Shown: piece by piece, positions 8,246 to 18,738 of the stretch
Position numbering within the stretch: the stretch's first letter is position 1
Layout: each line of letters begins with the position of its first letter
NCBI GenBank assembly: GCA_017650945.1
Contig: JAGCDW010000015.1
Coordinates: 1 to 59,154 of the forward strand
DNA from: Alphaproteobacteria bacterium
Lineage (GTDB): Bacteria > Pseudomonadota > Alphaproteobacteria > Rs-D84
Reading direction: 5' to 3'
Length of the DNA stretch: 59,154 nt
Translations under genes and position numbers: made by a program
Notes under the pieces: generated by a model
Database searches by the model: none
What the model was told of the DNA's origin: nothing
What the model saw: the letters and a program-made list of their open reading frames with translations, nothing else

Positions 8246-10033
8246 ATGAGAATGATTGATTCTTGTTTTTTGTGTCTTGATATCGGCACATGCGGTGTCC
8301 GTGGAGTGGCACATCGTGTTCGCAACGCGATGATTGATAAATCTGCATACTATTCTGTTGACGATTTTGATACAGTTTTCGCATTAAAATCAGTGGCTGA
8401 TGAACTTGAAAGACAACTTGGTACACACTTTGATACTGCATATATAACTGGAAATTTTGGGACGGGGTTTTTCAACATATCTACGAAAGAAACTCAATGG
8501 TCCAACGAGCATAAGATTACAATTTCGGACATCAAATCACAAATTTCACAAATTGATGCACCTGATGATTTTTACCCGATGCACATTATACCATTACGTT
8601 ACGACACAGGGAAAAATCGAAATATTCTAACCCCGCTTGGACAAATCGACACACGACTTGTATCAACTGTTTCCGCGCTGTTTTTTGAAAACGACCGCAT
8701 GCAAAAAATATTAAGTCTTTTACGGCAATCGCATATCCAAGCATCGGCATTTTATGCCCCACAATTTCTTTATGCGAATGTATTAAGACCCAAAAAAACA
8801 AATGCGATGTTCATAGATTTTGGCGCCGAACATACAATCGCATCAATTTGGACGGACCGTGGCCCAGTTTGGTATGACGGACACTTTATTGGTGGAAATG
8901 ATTTAACATCAGAAATATCGACAAAACTTGATATAAAATTTTCCGAAGCCGAAAGAATAAAACGTAATGTTGCGAATCTTTATTCGAACGAAATGGCACG
9001 TTTCAGTCCAGCCGATAGTGCGTATGCTTTTTCATGCGCAGATGTAAATGAAATAGTTGTTCCGTTTTTTTATAACCTTATCGAGCAAATAAAAAATGAT
9101 TCGGCACGATACATAGAAAAATACCAACCAACAGAGATAATTATAACCGGCGGTGGTGCAGGATTAAATGGAATTATTGAATTATTATCTCAAACATTTG
9201 ACATTGAAATAAAACAAACCGGCCCCGATACAAATGTCCGCTCGCTTGCAAAATATATATGGGAATCAGCGCGTCCATATCGGCGCGCATATATTGCGCG
9301 TTTAAAAAAATGGCAACGAATTACGAATAAAATCTTTGGTACATTTCATCACAAAAAAACAAATAAAAAACATCCAACATCTGTTCCGATTATGCCGAGC
9401 ACACTTTGTTTTGACATGTCGCGCCCCGAAACATACACAATGTTTCGCGCAGGCGGAATATCCGCAATACATGTGGATATTATGGACGGACTTTACGTTG
9501 ATAAAATTGCTGGCGGCATTGAAGAACTACGTAAAATACGCGCCATGTGGCCAGGACATTTACACGTTCATTTAATGACAGATGCGCCATCTGCATGGGC
9601 AACCGATGCGATAAACGCCGGTGCTGATACGGTAATACTTTCAACAAACACGGTTGGTCTGCGCCGCGCGGTACAAATTGTGCGCACCGCGGGCAAACGT
9701 GTTGGAATCGCGTTAAACCCCGAATCTTCCGTGTCTTTATTAAAAACGATTTTACGCGATATTGATGAAATTATGGTAATGGGCGTTGCGCCTGGTGCGG
9801 CGGGTCAAAAGTTTAATATGAATGTATTAAACAAAATATCTGTACTTGCCAGTGTTCGAAAAAAATATGGACTTAAATTTACAATATCTGTTGATGGTGG
9901 AATAAACCCTGAAACTGCGCGACTCTGTTGGGGTGCCGGTGCAGACTTGTTGGTCAGTGGTTCTTACCTTGCGCACGCCCCTGATTTTCCACTTGCCGTT
10001 CTATCACTATTACCATCAAATAAAAATATTTAA
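8246..10033 (+). CDS. ftsA: FtsA (divergent, about 367 aa) fused in frame to ribulose-phosphate 3-epimerase
   Basis: N-terminus has the actin-fold motif LCLDIGTCGVRG, later IIITGGGAGLNG, then an amphipathic tail RLKKWQRITNKIFGTF. From M383 (ATG 9392) it reads MPSTLCFDM..HVDIMDGLYV..VMGVAPGAAGQKF..SVDGGIN, which is Rpe. There is no stop between the two parts. Confidence 0.7.
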   Translation: MRMIDSCFLCLDIGTCGVRGVAHRVRNAMIDKSAYYSVDDFDTVFALKSVADELERQLGTHFDTAYITGNFGTGFFNISTKETQWSNEHKITISDIKSQISQIDAPDDFYPMHIIPLRYDTGKNRNILTPLGQIDTRLVSTVSALFFENDRMQKILSLLRQSHIQASAFYAPQFLYANVLRPKKTNAMFIDFGAEHTIASIWTDRGPVWYDGHFIGGNDLTSEISTKLDIKFSEAERIKRNVANLYSNEMARFSPADSAYAFSCADVNEIVVPFFYNLIEQIKNDSARYIEKYQPTEIIITGGGAGLNGIIELLSQTFDIEIKQTGPDTNVRSLAKYIWESARPYRRAYIARLKKWQRITNKIFGTFHHKKTNKKHPTSVPIMPSTLCFDMSRPETYTMFRAGGISAIHVDIMDGLYVDKIAGGIEELRKIRAMWPGHLHVHLMTDAPSAWATDAINAGADTVILSTNTVGLRRAVQIVRTAGKRVGIALNPESSVSLLKTILRDIDEIMVMGVAPGAAGQKFNMNVLNKISVLASVRKKYGLKFTISVDGGINPETARLCWGAGADLLVSGSYLAHAPDFPLAVLSLLPSNKNI

Positions 10034-10443
10034 TCAGCAACTTCTATTTTTCGTCCATCTTGGAATTCACTTATATATATATGTAAAGTATCAGGTGGTA
10101 ATAAATCCCGCGCAATATCCGGCCATTCAATCAAAGTAATATCATTTTGTATCGCATGTAAAAGCCCAATTTCAACCAATTCAGACGCATCAACAACACG
10201 ATACAAATCAAAGTGTGATATTTTATTTTTTCCGTTTTCATACGATTGCACAATTGTAAATGTCGGACTTGGCACAACAGTATCGGCCCCACAAAGTGTT
10301 TGAATTATTGTCCTTGCAATTTCTGATTTTCCAACACCCAAATCACCGTGCAAAGCAACCGTTACCGGGGCACACAGTTTTTTTGCAAAATCCGCTGCCC
10401 AACTATGCGTTTCTTTTATATTTTTAGTTATATATGTTTTCAT
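10030..10443 (-). CDS. tsaE: tRNA t6A37 biosynthesis ATPase TsaE
   Basis: LHGDLGVGKSEIAR P-loop, PTFTIV, HFDLYR and IEW motifs. Size is about 137 aa. Confidence 0.85.
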   Translation of the reverse strand: MKTYITKNIKETHSWAADFAKKLCAPVTVALHGDLGVGKSEIARTIIQTLCGADTVVPSPTFTIVQSYENGKNKISHFDLYRVVDASELVEIGLLHAIQNDITLIEWPDIARDLLPPDTLHIYISEFQDGRKIEVAD

Positions 10444-10446
10444 TTT

Positions 10447-12435
10447 TTACTCCAATAATAACAAATCGTCTTCCATTCTTCGAATAGCATCACGAATTTC
10501 GGCTGCTGTTTCAAAGTCCAAATTTTCCGCCGCATCGCGCATTTTTTTATTTAATTTCTTTATTTCACGTTGCAAAGTTTCCGCATCCCATACACCGTCT
10601 TTGTTATAAACAAACCTGCGTTTTTTATCGGTCTTTTCCTTAGCATCTGTAACATTATCAAACACAGCCTTGGACACAGTTTTCGGCACGATTCCATGTT
10701 CAGCGTTATACGCCATTTGTTTTTCGCGGCGCCGATTCGTTTCATTTAACGCCGCCTGCATAGATTCGGTCATAACATCTGCATAAAGTATCACACGCCC
10801 ATTTGCATTTCGCGCCGCTCGGCCTATGGTCTGAATAAGCGAACGCGTTGACCGCAAGAACCCTTCTTTATCCGCATCCATAATTGCAACCAATTCACAT
10901 TCGGGAACATCCAAACCTTCACGCAATAAATTTATTCCGACCAAAACATCAAACTTGCCCATACGCAAATCACGCAGCAATTCAATGCGTTCCAATGTTT
11001 CAATATCACTGTGCAGATATCGCGCCCGCACACCGTTTTCAACGAAATAATCTGTCAATTGTTCCGCCATTTTCTTAGTAAGCGTTGTTACTAACACACG
11101 CCCCTTTACAGATTTTACCTCTGCCAACAAATCATCAACTTGATTTTTTATCGGTCGCACAATACATTCCGGGTCAAGTAAACCTGTTGGTCTTATCACC
11201 TGCTCTGCTACAATTCCATTTGCCTGTTTCATTTCCCATTCTGCAGGCGTTGCAGAAACAAAAATTGTCTGTGGTCGCATCGCATTCCACTCATCAAAAG
11301 TAAGCGGACGATTATCTATACATGATGGCAACCGAAAACCATATTGCGAAAGTGTTTCTTTACGCGCCCTATCACCACGGGACATCGCGGCGATTTGCGG
11401 CACAGTTACATGACTTTCATCAATAAACAAAATCGCATCTTTCGGCAAGTACTCAAACAATGTCGGTGGTGGCTGCCCAGGTGTACGCCCAGATAAATAC
11501 CTCGAATAGTTTTCAATTCCGCGACACGTTCCTGTTGATTCCATCATTTCAATATCCATATTCACGCGTTCGCGCAAACGCTGTTCTTCTATATATTTCA
11601 TATTGTCATGAAAGTATTGAAGTCGTTCATTCAAATCCGCACGAATATTGCCGATAGCTTGCAATATCGACGGCATAGGTGTCGCGTAGTGTGTATTCGG
11701 ATAAACCGCGATTCTATCAATTTTTCGCAACTTCGCCCCGGTTAAAACATCGAATTCCCAAAATTCTTCAATTTCATCACCCCAAAAAGAAATTTTCCAC
11801 CCAATGTCTTGACTGTGTGATGGAAATATATCAAGCGTATCGCCACGCACACGAAAATTACCACGTTCAAAGCCGACATCATTTCTTTTATATTGTATAT
11901 TTACCAATTCGCGCATTACATCCGCGATTCCCATAATATCACCAACATGTAAAACGACCTTCATACTTGAATATTGTTCCGGCGTTCCAAGTCCATATAT
12001 CGACGACACCGAAGACACAACTATAACATCACGCTCTTCCAACATTGCGCGCGTTGCACTGTGCCGCATACGGTCCAGTTGGTCATTTATTGATGCGTCT
12101 TTATCAATGTACGTATCAGTTGTGGGCAAATACGCCTCTGGCTGATAATAATCATAGTATGAAACAAAATATTCCACATGATTATGCGGGAAAAAAGATT
12201 TCATTTCCGTGAACAATTGTGCTGCAAGAATCTTATTCGGCGCCATAAGCAACGCTGGCCGCCCAAGTTCCGCAATAACGTTTGCCATTGTAAAAGTTTT
12301 TCCCGACCCTGTAACCCCAAGCAAGACTTGGGACCGCCGACCATCTTTGATACCGTTCACCAAATCAGAAATAGCCGCTGGTTGGTCCCCCATCGGTTTG
12401 TAATCACTTTCAAGATTAAAAATTTTTTTGTTCAC
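10447..12435 (-). CDS. uvrB: excinuclease ABC subunit B
   Basis: GDQPAAI, GVTGSGKT, DESH, the YYDYYQPEAY beta-hairpin region and a C-terminal UVR domain (FETAAEIRD). I prefer the GTG at 12433..12435 (..NKKIFNLESDYKP..) over the longer track start. Confidence 0.95.
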   Translation of the reverse strand: MNKKIFNLESDYKPMGDQPAAISDLVNGIKDGRRSQVLLGVTGSGKTFTMANVIAELGRPALLMAPNKILAAQLFTEMKSFFPHNHVEYFVSYYDYYQPEAYLPTTDTYIDKDASINDQLDRMRHSATRAMLEERDVIVVSSVSSIYGLGTPEQYSSMKVVLHVGDIMGIADVMRELVNIQYKRNDVGFERGNFRVRGDTLDIFPSHSQDIGWKISFWGDEIEEFWEFDVLTGAKLRKIDRIAVYPNTHYATPMPSILQAIGNIRADLNERLQYFHDNMKYIEEQRLRERVNMDIEMMESTGTCRGIENYSRYLSGRTPGQPPPTLFEYLPKDAILFIDESHVTVPQIAAMSRGDRARKETLSQYGFRLPSCIDNRPLTFDEWNAMRPQTIFVSATPAEWEMKQANGIVAEQVIRPTGLLDPECIVRPIKNQVDDLLAEVKSVKGRVLVTTLTKKMAEQLTDYFVENGVRARYLHSDIETLERIELLRDLRMGKFDVLVGINLLREGLDVPECELVAIMDADKEGFLRSTRSLIQTIGRAARNANGRVILYADVMTESMQAALNETNRRREKQMAYNAEHGIVPKTVSKAVFDNVTDAKEKTDKKRRFVYNKDGVWDAETLQREIKKLNKKMRDAAENLDFETAAEIRDAIRRMEDDLLLLE

Positions 12436-12482
12436 AGCCAAAGTATAATAAATTATAATGAAAAAACAAGAGGACCGAGAGA

Positions 12483-14960
12483 ATGTCAATCAAACCCAGA
12501 CATAAACGTGGATTATTTTGGATAATCTTAACATTAATTGCCATTGTTATGGCGGGGTTGCTGGTTGCGCCAGTATTTATGAATTTAAATGACATCAGGC
12601 CAAAACTTGAAACAGCAATCGCCACACAAACAGGCATAGATGTTGAAATAAACGGCGATGTAACTTTTGGAATTGTTGGCAAAACGACCCTTGTCGCGCA
12701 CGATGTTTCGACACCATTTGGTAACATAAGCGAAATTTCCGTACAAATACCGTTTCAAGATTTATTTGACATACAAAACGCAAGCCTTACAGGAACGATG
12801 TCAATATCTGGGGCACAAATTAAAATAGATTCACTTGCACCATTTATGAAAGACTACAATATTACGGTCAAAAATTCTGTTATAACATTCCTCGGTAAAA
12901 ATTATAACATCGTTGACGGCGTATTTAGCGATGGAATATTCAACGGACTTATACGTACGAAACAGCATAAATATAATATTGAATTTAATGACAAAAATTT
13001 CACAATCACGAACAAGAATATTGACTTAAAAATTATTGGCGAACTCTATCCATCGGGTGGCGCATTCGGCACATTAACAATCGATACAGACAAAATAAAC
13101 ACTTGGTTTGAATTTTCTGAACCCAAGATAAATAAACGCGTAAAGCTATCAACAGATTTTGTATGGGATGGCGAATACGGATTTAAATTCGATAATATTG
13201 TTGCGAATCATGTTGTTGGCGATATAGAACTAAGTCCGAACGGTTGGCGCACAATCGATTTGACATCGAACAACATAAGTTTTGATTTTTCTTTTCTTGC
13301 GCGTTCAACGAAATTATTACGCAACACAAATTTAAATATAGATTTCTATGGCGATTTAACATTTGAAAACAATAAATTTGAACATTTAAAAATCAAAGCT
13401 ATCGGCACCGAAGATTATATTCAAATAGATAAAATTATTGCGGACGACACAACATTTACTGGTGGAATAATAGATGCAAACGGTGCACATGATATAATGA
13501 TAAAAACAAACATAGATGGTAAAGATACTGAGTGTCTTTTTTCCGGAACACCTGAAAAATGGGAATGCAGTAAATTTAAATACGGAAACATTTATGGATT
13601 TATAAAAAGTGATAACAATCGGATAACCGCAGAGATAAAATCAAATGACACAATCGATTCAAGTGGCATTTCATCATACATTGCAAAACTTGATGGCCGG
13701 CCGGCGAACATAAAATTCACATTTGCAAACGTTGGCGGCACGTACACATCAAACGGCAAAAAATCGAATACAGAATACGAATACATATATAACCAGACAC
13801 TTAGTTCTTTGAACCCGAATTTGCGTATATTACCTGGAACTATGCTAAACGAACCCGGCAACATAGTTTGGAACGGCGATGCCGTAACGTTTATACCGAA
13901 TTCAAATGCATGGTCGTTGATTGTCCAAAACAACTCATTTTATTTAACAGGAACAAACATAAAAGATTGGATTCCAAAATTCGATTTAAAATTCTTGCGC
14001 GGTCTTGAATACATCGCATCTGGGTCATACAACGAACGTGGCGATATATCAAACCTGACCATAAAAATTGCAGGACACGTATTTATTGGTTCGGTCGATG
14101 CAAATGGCATAACGTTAAAAACTGATACACTTACACTTGATGATTTTCTGAATCATGAATTTTTTGACCATTACGAAGAAATGGAATTTTTAACGAACGC
14201 CCCTATCGTATCACTGTTTGACATCGGAAAAAATTTATATCTTTCTGCAAACACACTTGTGTATGAAAACAACGCATACAAAAATTTCGTGTATTCATTA
14301 AAGTCCGGCACACAAACATTTTCTATAACTGACCGCGCGCGCGGAAATCTGCTTGCCACAATTATCAAAGAACATTCAAATTACGATATATTTATTCAGT
14401 TAAATAATTTTGTAATCAACGGCGCATTGCTAACGAAAAACTTTCCGTTAAATATAATGAATACGACCGTAACAGCCGAATTGGCACTGAACACATCTGG
14501 CCATATTGCGCATGACATTTGGTATAACTTGACGGGTGATGTAGATTTAACATTTGACGGCGGATACATTGATGGCATCGGCCTTGATGCATTCTATATC
14601 GCATACGATGATTTAACACGATTGAATATCGAAGACCGCCTTATGACGGCACTTGAATCCGGTGTTACAAAAATCAAAAATATGCGCATAATCGGCAAAT
14701 ATGACCACGGAGAATTTTCAACAACAGTACCGATGGAAATATCGATGCGCCACGCAGACGCAATCGGAAAGATGAATGTAATAAACGGCGCAATGACCAC
14801 CGAATTGAATATCACAATGCGTGGCACAGCCCCCGACCCAGTAACCGTATCTGTTGCAATCGCACCAAACGGCCGCCGTGGATATTCAATGGGCGAAATG
14901 ATTCGATATTTTGACCCCGCATACATGCGCGAATTTATAAAAACACATGAAAAATTTTAA
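12483..14960 (+). CDS. AsmA-family outer-membrane biogenesis protein
   Basis: N-terminal anchor LFWIILTLIAIVMAGLLVAPVF followed by DIRPKLETAIATQTGIDVEINGDVTF, which is typical of the AsmA N-terminus. The rest is a long beta-rich body. SD is AAGAGGA. Confidence 0.65.
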   Translation: MSIKPRHKRGLFWIILTLIAIVMAGLLVAPVFMNLNDIRPKLETAIATQTGIDVEINGDVTFGIVGKTTLVAHDVSTPFGNISEISVQIPFQDLFDIQNASLTGTMSISGAQIKIDSLAPFMKDYNITVKNSVITFLGKNYNIVDGVFSDGIFNGLIRTKQHKYNIEFNDKNFTITNKNIDLKIIGELYPSGGAFGTLTIDTDKINTWFEFSEPKINKRVKLSTDFVWDGEYGFKFDNIVANHVVGDIELSPNGWRTIDLTSNNISFDFSFLARSTKLLRNTNLNIDFYGDLTFENNKFEHLKIKAIGTEDYIQIDKIIADDTTFTGGIIDANGAHDIMIKTNIDGKDTECLFSGTPEKWECSKFKYGNIYGFIKSDNNRITAEIKSNDTIDSSGISSYIAKLDGRPANIKFTFANVGGTYTSNGKKSNTEYEYIYNQTLSSLNPNLRILPGTMLNEPGNIVWNGDAVTFIPNSNAWSLIVQNNSFYLTGTNIKDWIPKFDLKFLRGLEYIASGSYNERGDISNLTIKIAGHVFIGSVDANGITLKTDTLTLDDFLNHEFFDHYEEMEFLTNAPIVSLFDIGKNLYLSANTLVYENNAYKNFVYSLKSGTQTFSITDRARGNLLATIIKEHSNYDIFIQLNNFVINGALLTKNFPLNIMNTTVTAELALNTSGHIAHDIWYNLTGDVDLTFDGGYIDGIGLDAFYIAYDDLTRLNIEDRLMTALESGVTKIKNMRIIGKYDHGEFSTTVPMEISMRHADAIGKMNVINGAMTTELNITMRGTAPDPVTVSVAIAPNGRRGYSMGEMIRYFDPAYMREFIKTHEKF

Positions 14961-15772
14961 TGCGACACACTATTCACTAGTTTAGAATACGATTGTTGTC
15001 TTTCACGAATCGCATGCAAAAGCGCATCCGCATATAAATCCGCCCCATATCCAGGCATTTTTACGGCTTCTATAAGTTTGCACATTTCAATTGTGCGCCG
15101 CCCACTTCGTGTATCATAAATGCTTCGGCGCGCATCGCAGCCCAATCCATACCTAATTTCATTTGTACGCGACAGTTCATAATTTCCGAATTCGGTATGT
15201 CTATATACCATTTTCGCATAATTATACATAAAAGACCCATCATATTGAACTCTGTTCCCACAATAACGGTTTACAGCCCAGATTTCATATTCACGCTTAC
15301 TATCCCACGGTCTATCTCCCGAAATATAATAAGCATATCTGTGTCTCAACCCTTCATACTGTGCAAAAACAGTATCCAAATCATCTGAATCAAACTTTGG
15401 TAATATTTCAGCGATGCGTTCTTGCATAAAATCGACCTCACCCCGTAATGCCTGAACAGCGTCACGATACTCTTTATTTCCTACCACGGATTCAAAAAGT
15501 GCATCCTGTTTCGCGCGCTCATTCAAATTAACCAATATTTGAAATAACGTTATCAGCATAATTTGTTGCGCCTTGGCTACGGGTAATTTTTTAAAACCAT
15601 CTCTGTCCAAGTCACCCTTCAGCTTCCAAATCTTCGAACCAATCGGCTGTGTCACCCCCAAATCATAATTTTTTTTATTCGGGCCAAAATCCCCACATAC
15701 ACCGATTCGATTATAGACCATATGAATACCTGTATCACCACACAATAACTGCTGATTGTCAGACATAAACAC
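14957..15772 (-). CDS. hypothetical cytoplasmic protein, paralog A of a tandem pair
   Basis: Shares blocks with 15986..16870: AQQIMLITL..., and C-terminal ..CKLIEAVK.. against ..CDLIKAVRK... No signal peptide. Confidence 0.6.
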   Translation of the reverse strand: MFMSDNQQLLCGDTGIHMVYNRIGVCGDFGPNKKNYDLGVTQPIGSKIWKLKGDLDRDGFKKLPVAKAQQIMLITLFQILVNLNERAKQDALFESVVGNKEYRDAVQALRGEVDFMQERIAEILPKFDSDDLDTVFAQYEGLRHRYAYYISGDRPWDSKREYEIWAVNRYCGNRVQYDGSFMYNYAKMVYRHTEFGNYELSRTNEIRYGLGCDARRSIYDTRSGRRTIEMCKLIEAVKMPGYGADLYADALLHAIRERQQSYSKLVNSVSH

Positions 15773-15840
15773 ACACCTTTGTTCTTGGTTAAATTAATAC
15801 TTATGTTTCTACACAGTTACCACAATTTTGCCGAATGTCA

Positions 15841-15867
15841 ACAAAAATCGCCCGCAAACGCGGGCGA
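15841..15867 (-). terminator. intrinsic terminator after paralog B
   Basis: Minus strand reads TCGCCCGC-GTTT-GCGGGCGA followed by TTTTTGT. Confidence 0.6.
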
Positions 15868-15893
15868 CAAGTTCCCCTCCTGTGGAGGGGTGG

Positions 15894-15989
15894 CCAAACG
15901 GCCGCCGCGGATATTCAATGGGCGAAATCATACGATACTTTGACCCCGCCTATATGCGCGAATTCATACGAACACATGATAAGTTTTAA
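15894..15989 (+). pseudogene. duplicated 3' end of the asmA-like gene (last 31 codons plus stop)
   Basis: These 96 nt align without gaps to 14865..14960 with 11 mismatches by eye. It translates to PNGRRGYSMGEIIRYFDPAYMREFIRTHDKF*, against ..GEMIRYFDPAYMREFIKTHEKF* in asmA. Confidence 0.7.
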
Positions 15990-16870
15990 CGTGATTCTTG
16001 CAACTTGCGATATTCACCAATGCACCGCAAAACCGCGTTGCCATACAAATTAAACGCCGGCGCACAAACATATTGATTGCCCATTTTACGCACCGCTTTA
16101 ATCAAATCACAAATATCATAAACGCGTTGAAAGTCCGGATTTTTTACATCAAAAATACTGTCACGCGCATCATATTGTGGATGCGTATGCCGACACAACA
16201 TTTTTCCAAAGTCCACAAACAAAAGCGGATTTTCACCCCCATCGTGTTTTATGTAAAAATCTTGAAAGATTACACTATATTTATTTGATAAATCTTGTTT
16301 ATTCCAACTATGTGGTGTAAGAAACCGATTAGTATTACTATCATAATTATACTCTTCATTATCATCGCAATAATGATTATAACCATACCCGCGCCAACTT
16401 AAATTCCGCAACTCCTTGTACAGAGCCTTATGTGCATCTGGATATCTGTCTTCTTTTCCTTTATTTTTAACCGAATACGAATGTTCCGACATAATATCCA
16501 GTTTATCCAAGTTCTCTAAAATCGACCCCAAATGCAGATTCATATACATGGCATCATCCCGTAAATAATACCCCAATTTTTCGGATAAACGAACATCGCT
16601 TTGGTCAGAACAATATTCACAAAGCCCGTACAAAATACCAGCTAAAGTTATCAACATAATTTGTTGTGCCTGTTCCTTGGTCATTTTTGCACTGCGATTC
16701 AGGCTGTCATTCAGCACCACAATACGCTTACCGACACCTTGATACGGTAACATTTCTTTATCCTGCGCCAAACCCGTCTGCATATCTTCCGGCACCCAAA
16801 CATCTTTCCTTATAGTATTTTCAAGTTCATAAGTATTATTGTGTTTTATTCTTTTTGTCGTCCAAAGCAT
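15986..16870 (-). CDS. hypothetical cytoplasmic protein, paralog B of a tandem pair
   Basis: See paralog A. Its stop overlaps the asmA-tail relic exactly as paralog A overlaps the real asmA stop. Confidence 0.6.
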   Translation of the reverse strand: MLWTTKRIKHNNTYELENTIRKDVWVPEDMQTGLAQDKEMLPYQGVGKRIVVLNDSLNRSAKMTKEQAQQIMLITLAGILYGLCEYCSDQSDVRLSEKLGYYLRDDAMYMNLHLGSILENLDKLDIMSEHSYSVKNKGKEDRYPDAHKALYKELRNLSWRGYGYNHYCDDNEEYNYDSNTNRFLTPHSWNKQDLSNKYSVIFQDFYIKHDGGENPLLFVDFGKMLCRHTHPQYDARDSIFDVKNPDFQRVYDICDLIKAVRKMGNQYVCAPAFNLYGNAVLRCIGEYRKLQESR

Positions 16871-16930
16871 TTTTTATTTCCTTTTTTTATTTACGCTTTG
16901 CAAAAACATACCACAAAACTCCACAATGTC

Positions 16931-16957
16931 AAGAAACCGCCCGCATTTCTGCGGGCG
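16931..16957 (-). terminator. intrinsic terminator after aspS
   Basis: Minus strand reads CGCCCGCA-GAAA-TGCGGGCG followed by GTTTCTT. Confidence 0.55.
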
Positions 16958-16958
16958 A

Positions 16959-16987
16959 CTCACACTAACACTTACACTAATCACTAA
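16959..16987 (-). repeat. GTTAGTGTAAGTG-family dispersed repeat, copy c
   Basis: Minus strand reads TTAGTGATTAGTGTAAGTGTTAGTGTGAG. It contains the aspS TAG stop (16984..16986). Confidence 0.7.
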
Positions 16988-18738
16988 TTCTTCTTTCTCA
17001 CCTGAATATGCACTTCACGCAGTTGCTGTTCGGTCACTTCGCGCGGCGCACCCAACATCAAATCTTGGCCGCGTTGGTTCGTCGGGAACAGCACGACTTC
17101 ACGCAAATTGTTCGTTCCCAAAATAATCGAAACCAGTCGGTCAATACCGAACGCACAACCACCATGTGGTGGCGCACCATATTGAAACGCGGCATACATA
17201 CCACCGAACTTTTCTTTCACGACCTCTGGCCCATAGCCCGCAATCGCAAAGGCCCGTACCATCGTTTCGGGGTTATAGTTGCGCAATCCCCCACTGCAAA
17301 TTTCGGCACCATTCAGAACCATATCGAACTGATTCGCCTTTATTTTCAATGGGTCGCCGTCCAGTTCGCCCTTTGGCAAACTAAACGGATTATGGCCAAA
17401 GTCAATCGCACCTGTTTCTTCGTTCAATTCATACATTGGGAAATCTTCTATCCAACAGAATTTGAATTCATGCGGATTTATCAATCCCAAATCTTCGCCA
17501 AGTTTGATACGCAACTTGCCCGCCGCCTTGGCCGCATTTTCCGCCGTATCACACACAAAGAACAGCGATGAATTATCACCGGCGATTTCGTGCAATTTTT
17601 CGATTCGTTCCGCATCAAGTTTCTTCGCAACCGGCCCCTTGGCTTCATCCGCAAATACGATATAACCCAATCCACCAAGACCAAGTTCTTTGACCGCGTA
17701 TTCGCCAAGTTTATCGAACCAAGACCGCGGTTTGTCGGCACTGTTCGGCGCAGGAATCGCACGCACCACACTGCCGTTTTCAATCGCGTTCGCAAAGATT
17801 CCAAAATCTGACCCGCGGAAAATTTCCGTTACATCTGAAATAATAATCGGGTTGCGCAAATCGGGTTTATCCGAACCATATTTTAACATCGCCTCGTCAA
17901 ACGGGATATGCGGAATGTTTGGGTCAATAATCGCATCCGGCACAAAAGTTTTAATAAGTTCTGGCATAACCTCGTTCCCGACCGCCTGAATATCGCGCAG
18001 GTCCACAAACGACATTTCCAAATCTAATTGATAAAATTCAAGCAATCTGTCTGCGCGCAAATCTTCATCACGGAAACAAGGCGCAATCTGGAAATAGCGG
18101 TCAAACCCTGCAATCTGAATCAATTGCTTAAATTGCTGTGGCGCCTGGGGCAACGCATAGAACATACCATGATGATTACGACTTGGCACGATATAGTCGC
18201 GCGCGCCTTCGGGACTGGACACCGTCAGAATCGGCGTTTGGAATTCTGAAAACCCCAAATCCCACATTTTATCGCGCAAGAATTTCATAATACGATTGCG
18301 CGTCAAAATATTATTGTGCAAACTGTCGCGCCGCAAATCGATATAGCGATACTTTAACCGCAGATCTTCGGACACCGTATCATCATCGCCAAACACTTGG
18401 AATGGCAACACATCCGCGTTAGTCAAAACTTTCCAAGATTCCACACTTATTTCAATTTCACCGGTTGGAATTTTTTCATTTATTTGCGATTCATCACGCG
18501 CAACGACTTTACCCGTCACCTGTAAAACCGATTCCGGCCGCACACGTTCCAAATCGTCATTTCCGCCATCAAGGACAATTTGCGTAATTCCATAATTATC
18601 GCGCAGGTCGATAAACAGCAACGACCCATGGTCGCGTTTCCGATGAACCCAACCCGACAGCGTAACGGTTTCACCAACATTTTTCGCGGACAATTCCCCG
18701 CAAGTATGTGTTCTGTATTTTGATTTAAGTGATAACAT
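16984..18738 (-). CDS. aspS: aspartate--tRNA ligase
   Basis: OB-fold N-terminus (TLSGWVHRKRDHGSLLFIDLRD), class II motifs FYALPQAPQQFKQL, FRDEDLRADR and GGCAFGIDR. Confidence 0.95.
   Translation of the reverse strand: MLSLKSKYRTHTCGELSAKNVGETVTLSGWVHRKRDHGSLLFIDLRDNYGITQIVLDGGNDDLERVRPESVLQVTGKVVARDESQINEKIPTGEIEISVESWKVLTNADVLPFQVFGDDDTVSEDLRLKYRYIDLRRDSLHNNILTRNRIMKFLRDKMWDLGFSEFQTPILTVSSPEGARDYIVPSRNHHGMFYALPQAPQQFKQLIQIAGFDRYFQIAPCFRDEDLRADRLLEFYQLDLEMSFVDLRDIQAVGNEVMPELIKTFVPDAIIDPNIPHIPFDEAMLKYGSDKPDLRNPIIISDVTEIFRGSDFGIFANAIENGSVVRAIPAPNSADKPRSWFDKLGEYAVKELGLGGLGYIVFADEAKGPVAKKLDAERIEKLHEIAGDNSSLFFVCDTAENAAKAAGKLRIKLGEDLGLINPHEFKFCWIEDFPMYELNEETGAIDFGHNPFSLPKGELDGDPLKIKANQFDMVLNGAEICSGGLRNYNPETMVRAFAIAGYGPEVVKEKFGGMYAAFQYGAPPHGGCAFGIDRLVSIILGTNNLREVVLFPTNQRGQDLMLGAPREVTEQQLREVHIQVRKKN

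Noticed and set aside
12416-12727. 103-aa minus-strand ORF spanning the uvrB/asmA divergent region
   Set aside because: It overlaps the well-supported asmA-like 5' end in antisense. The true uvrB start is better placed at the GTG at 12435, leaving a normal 47-bp divergent promoter region.
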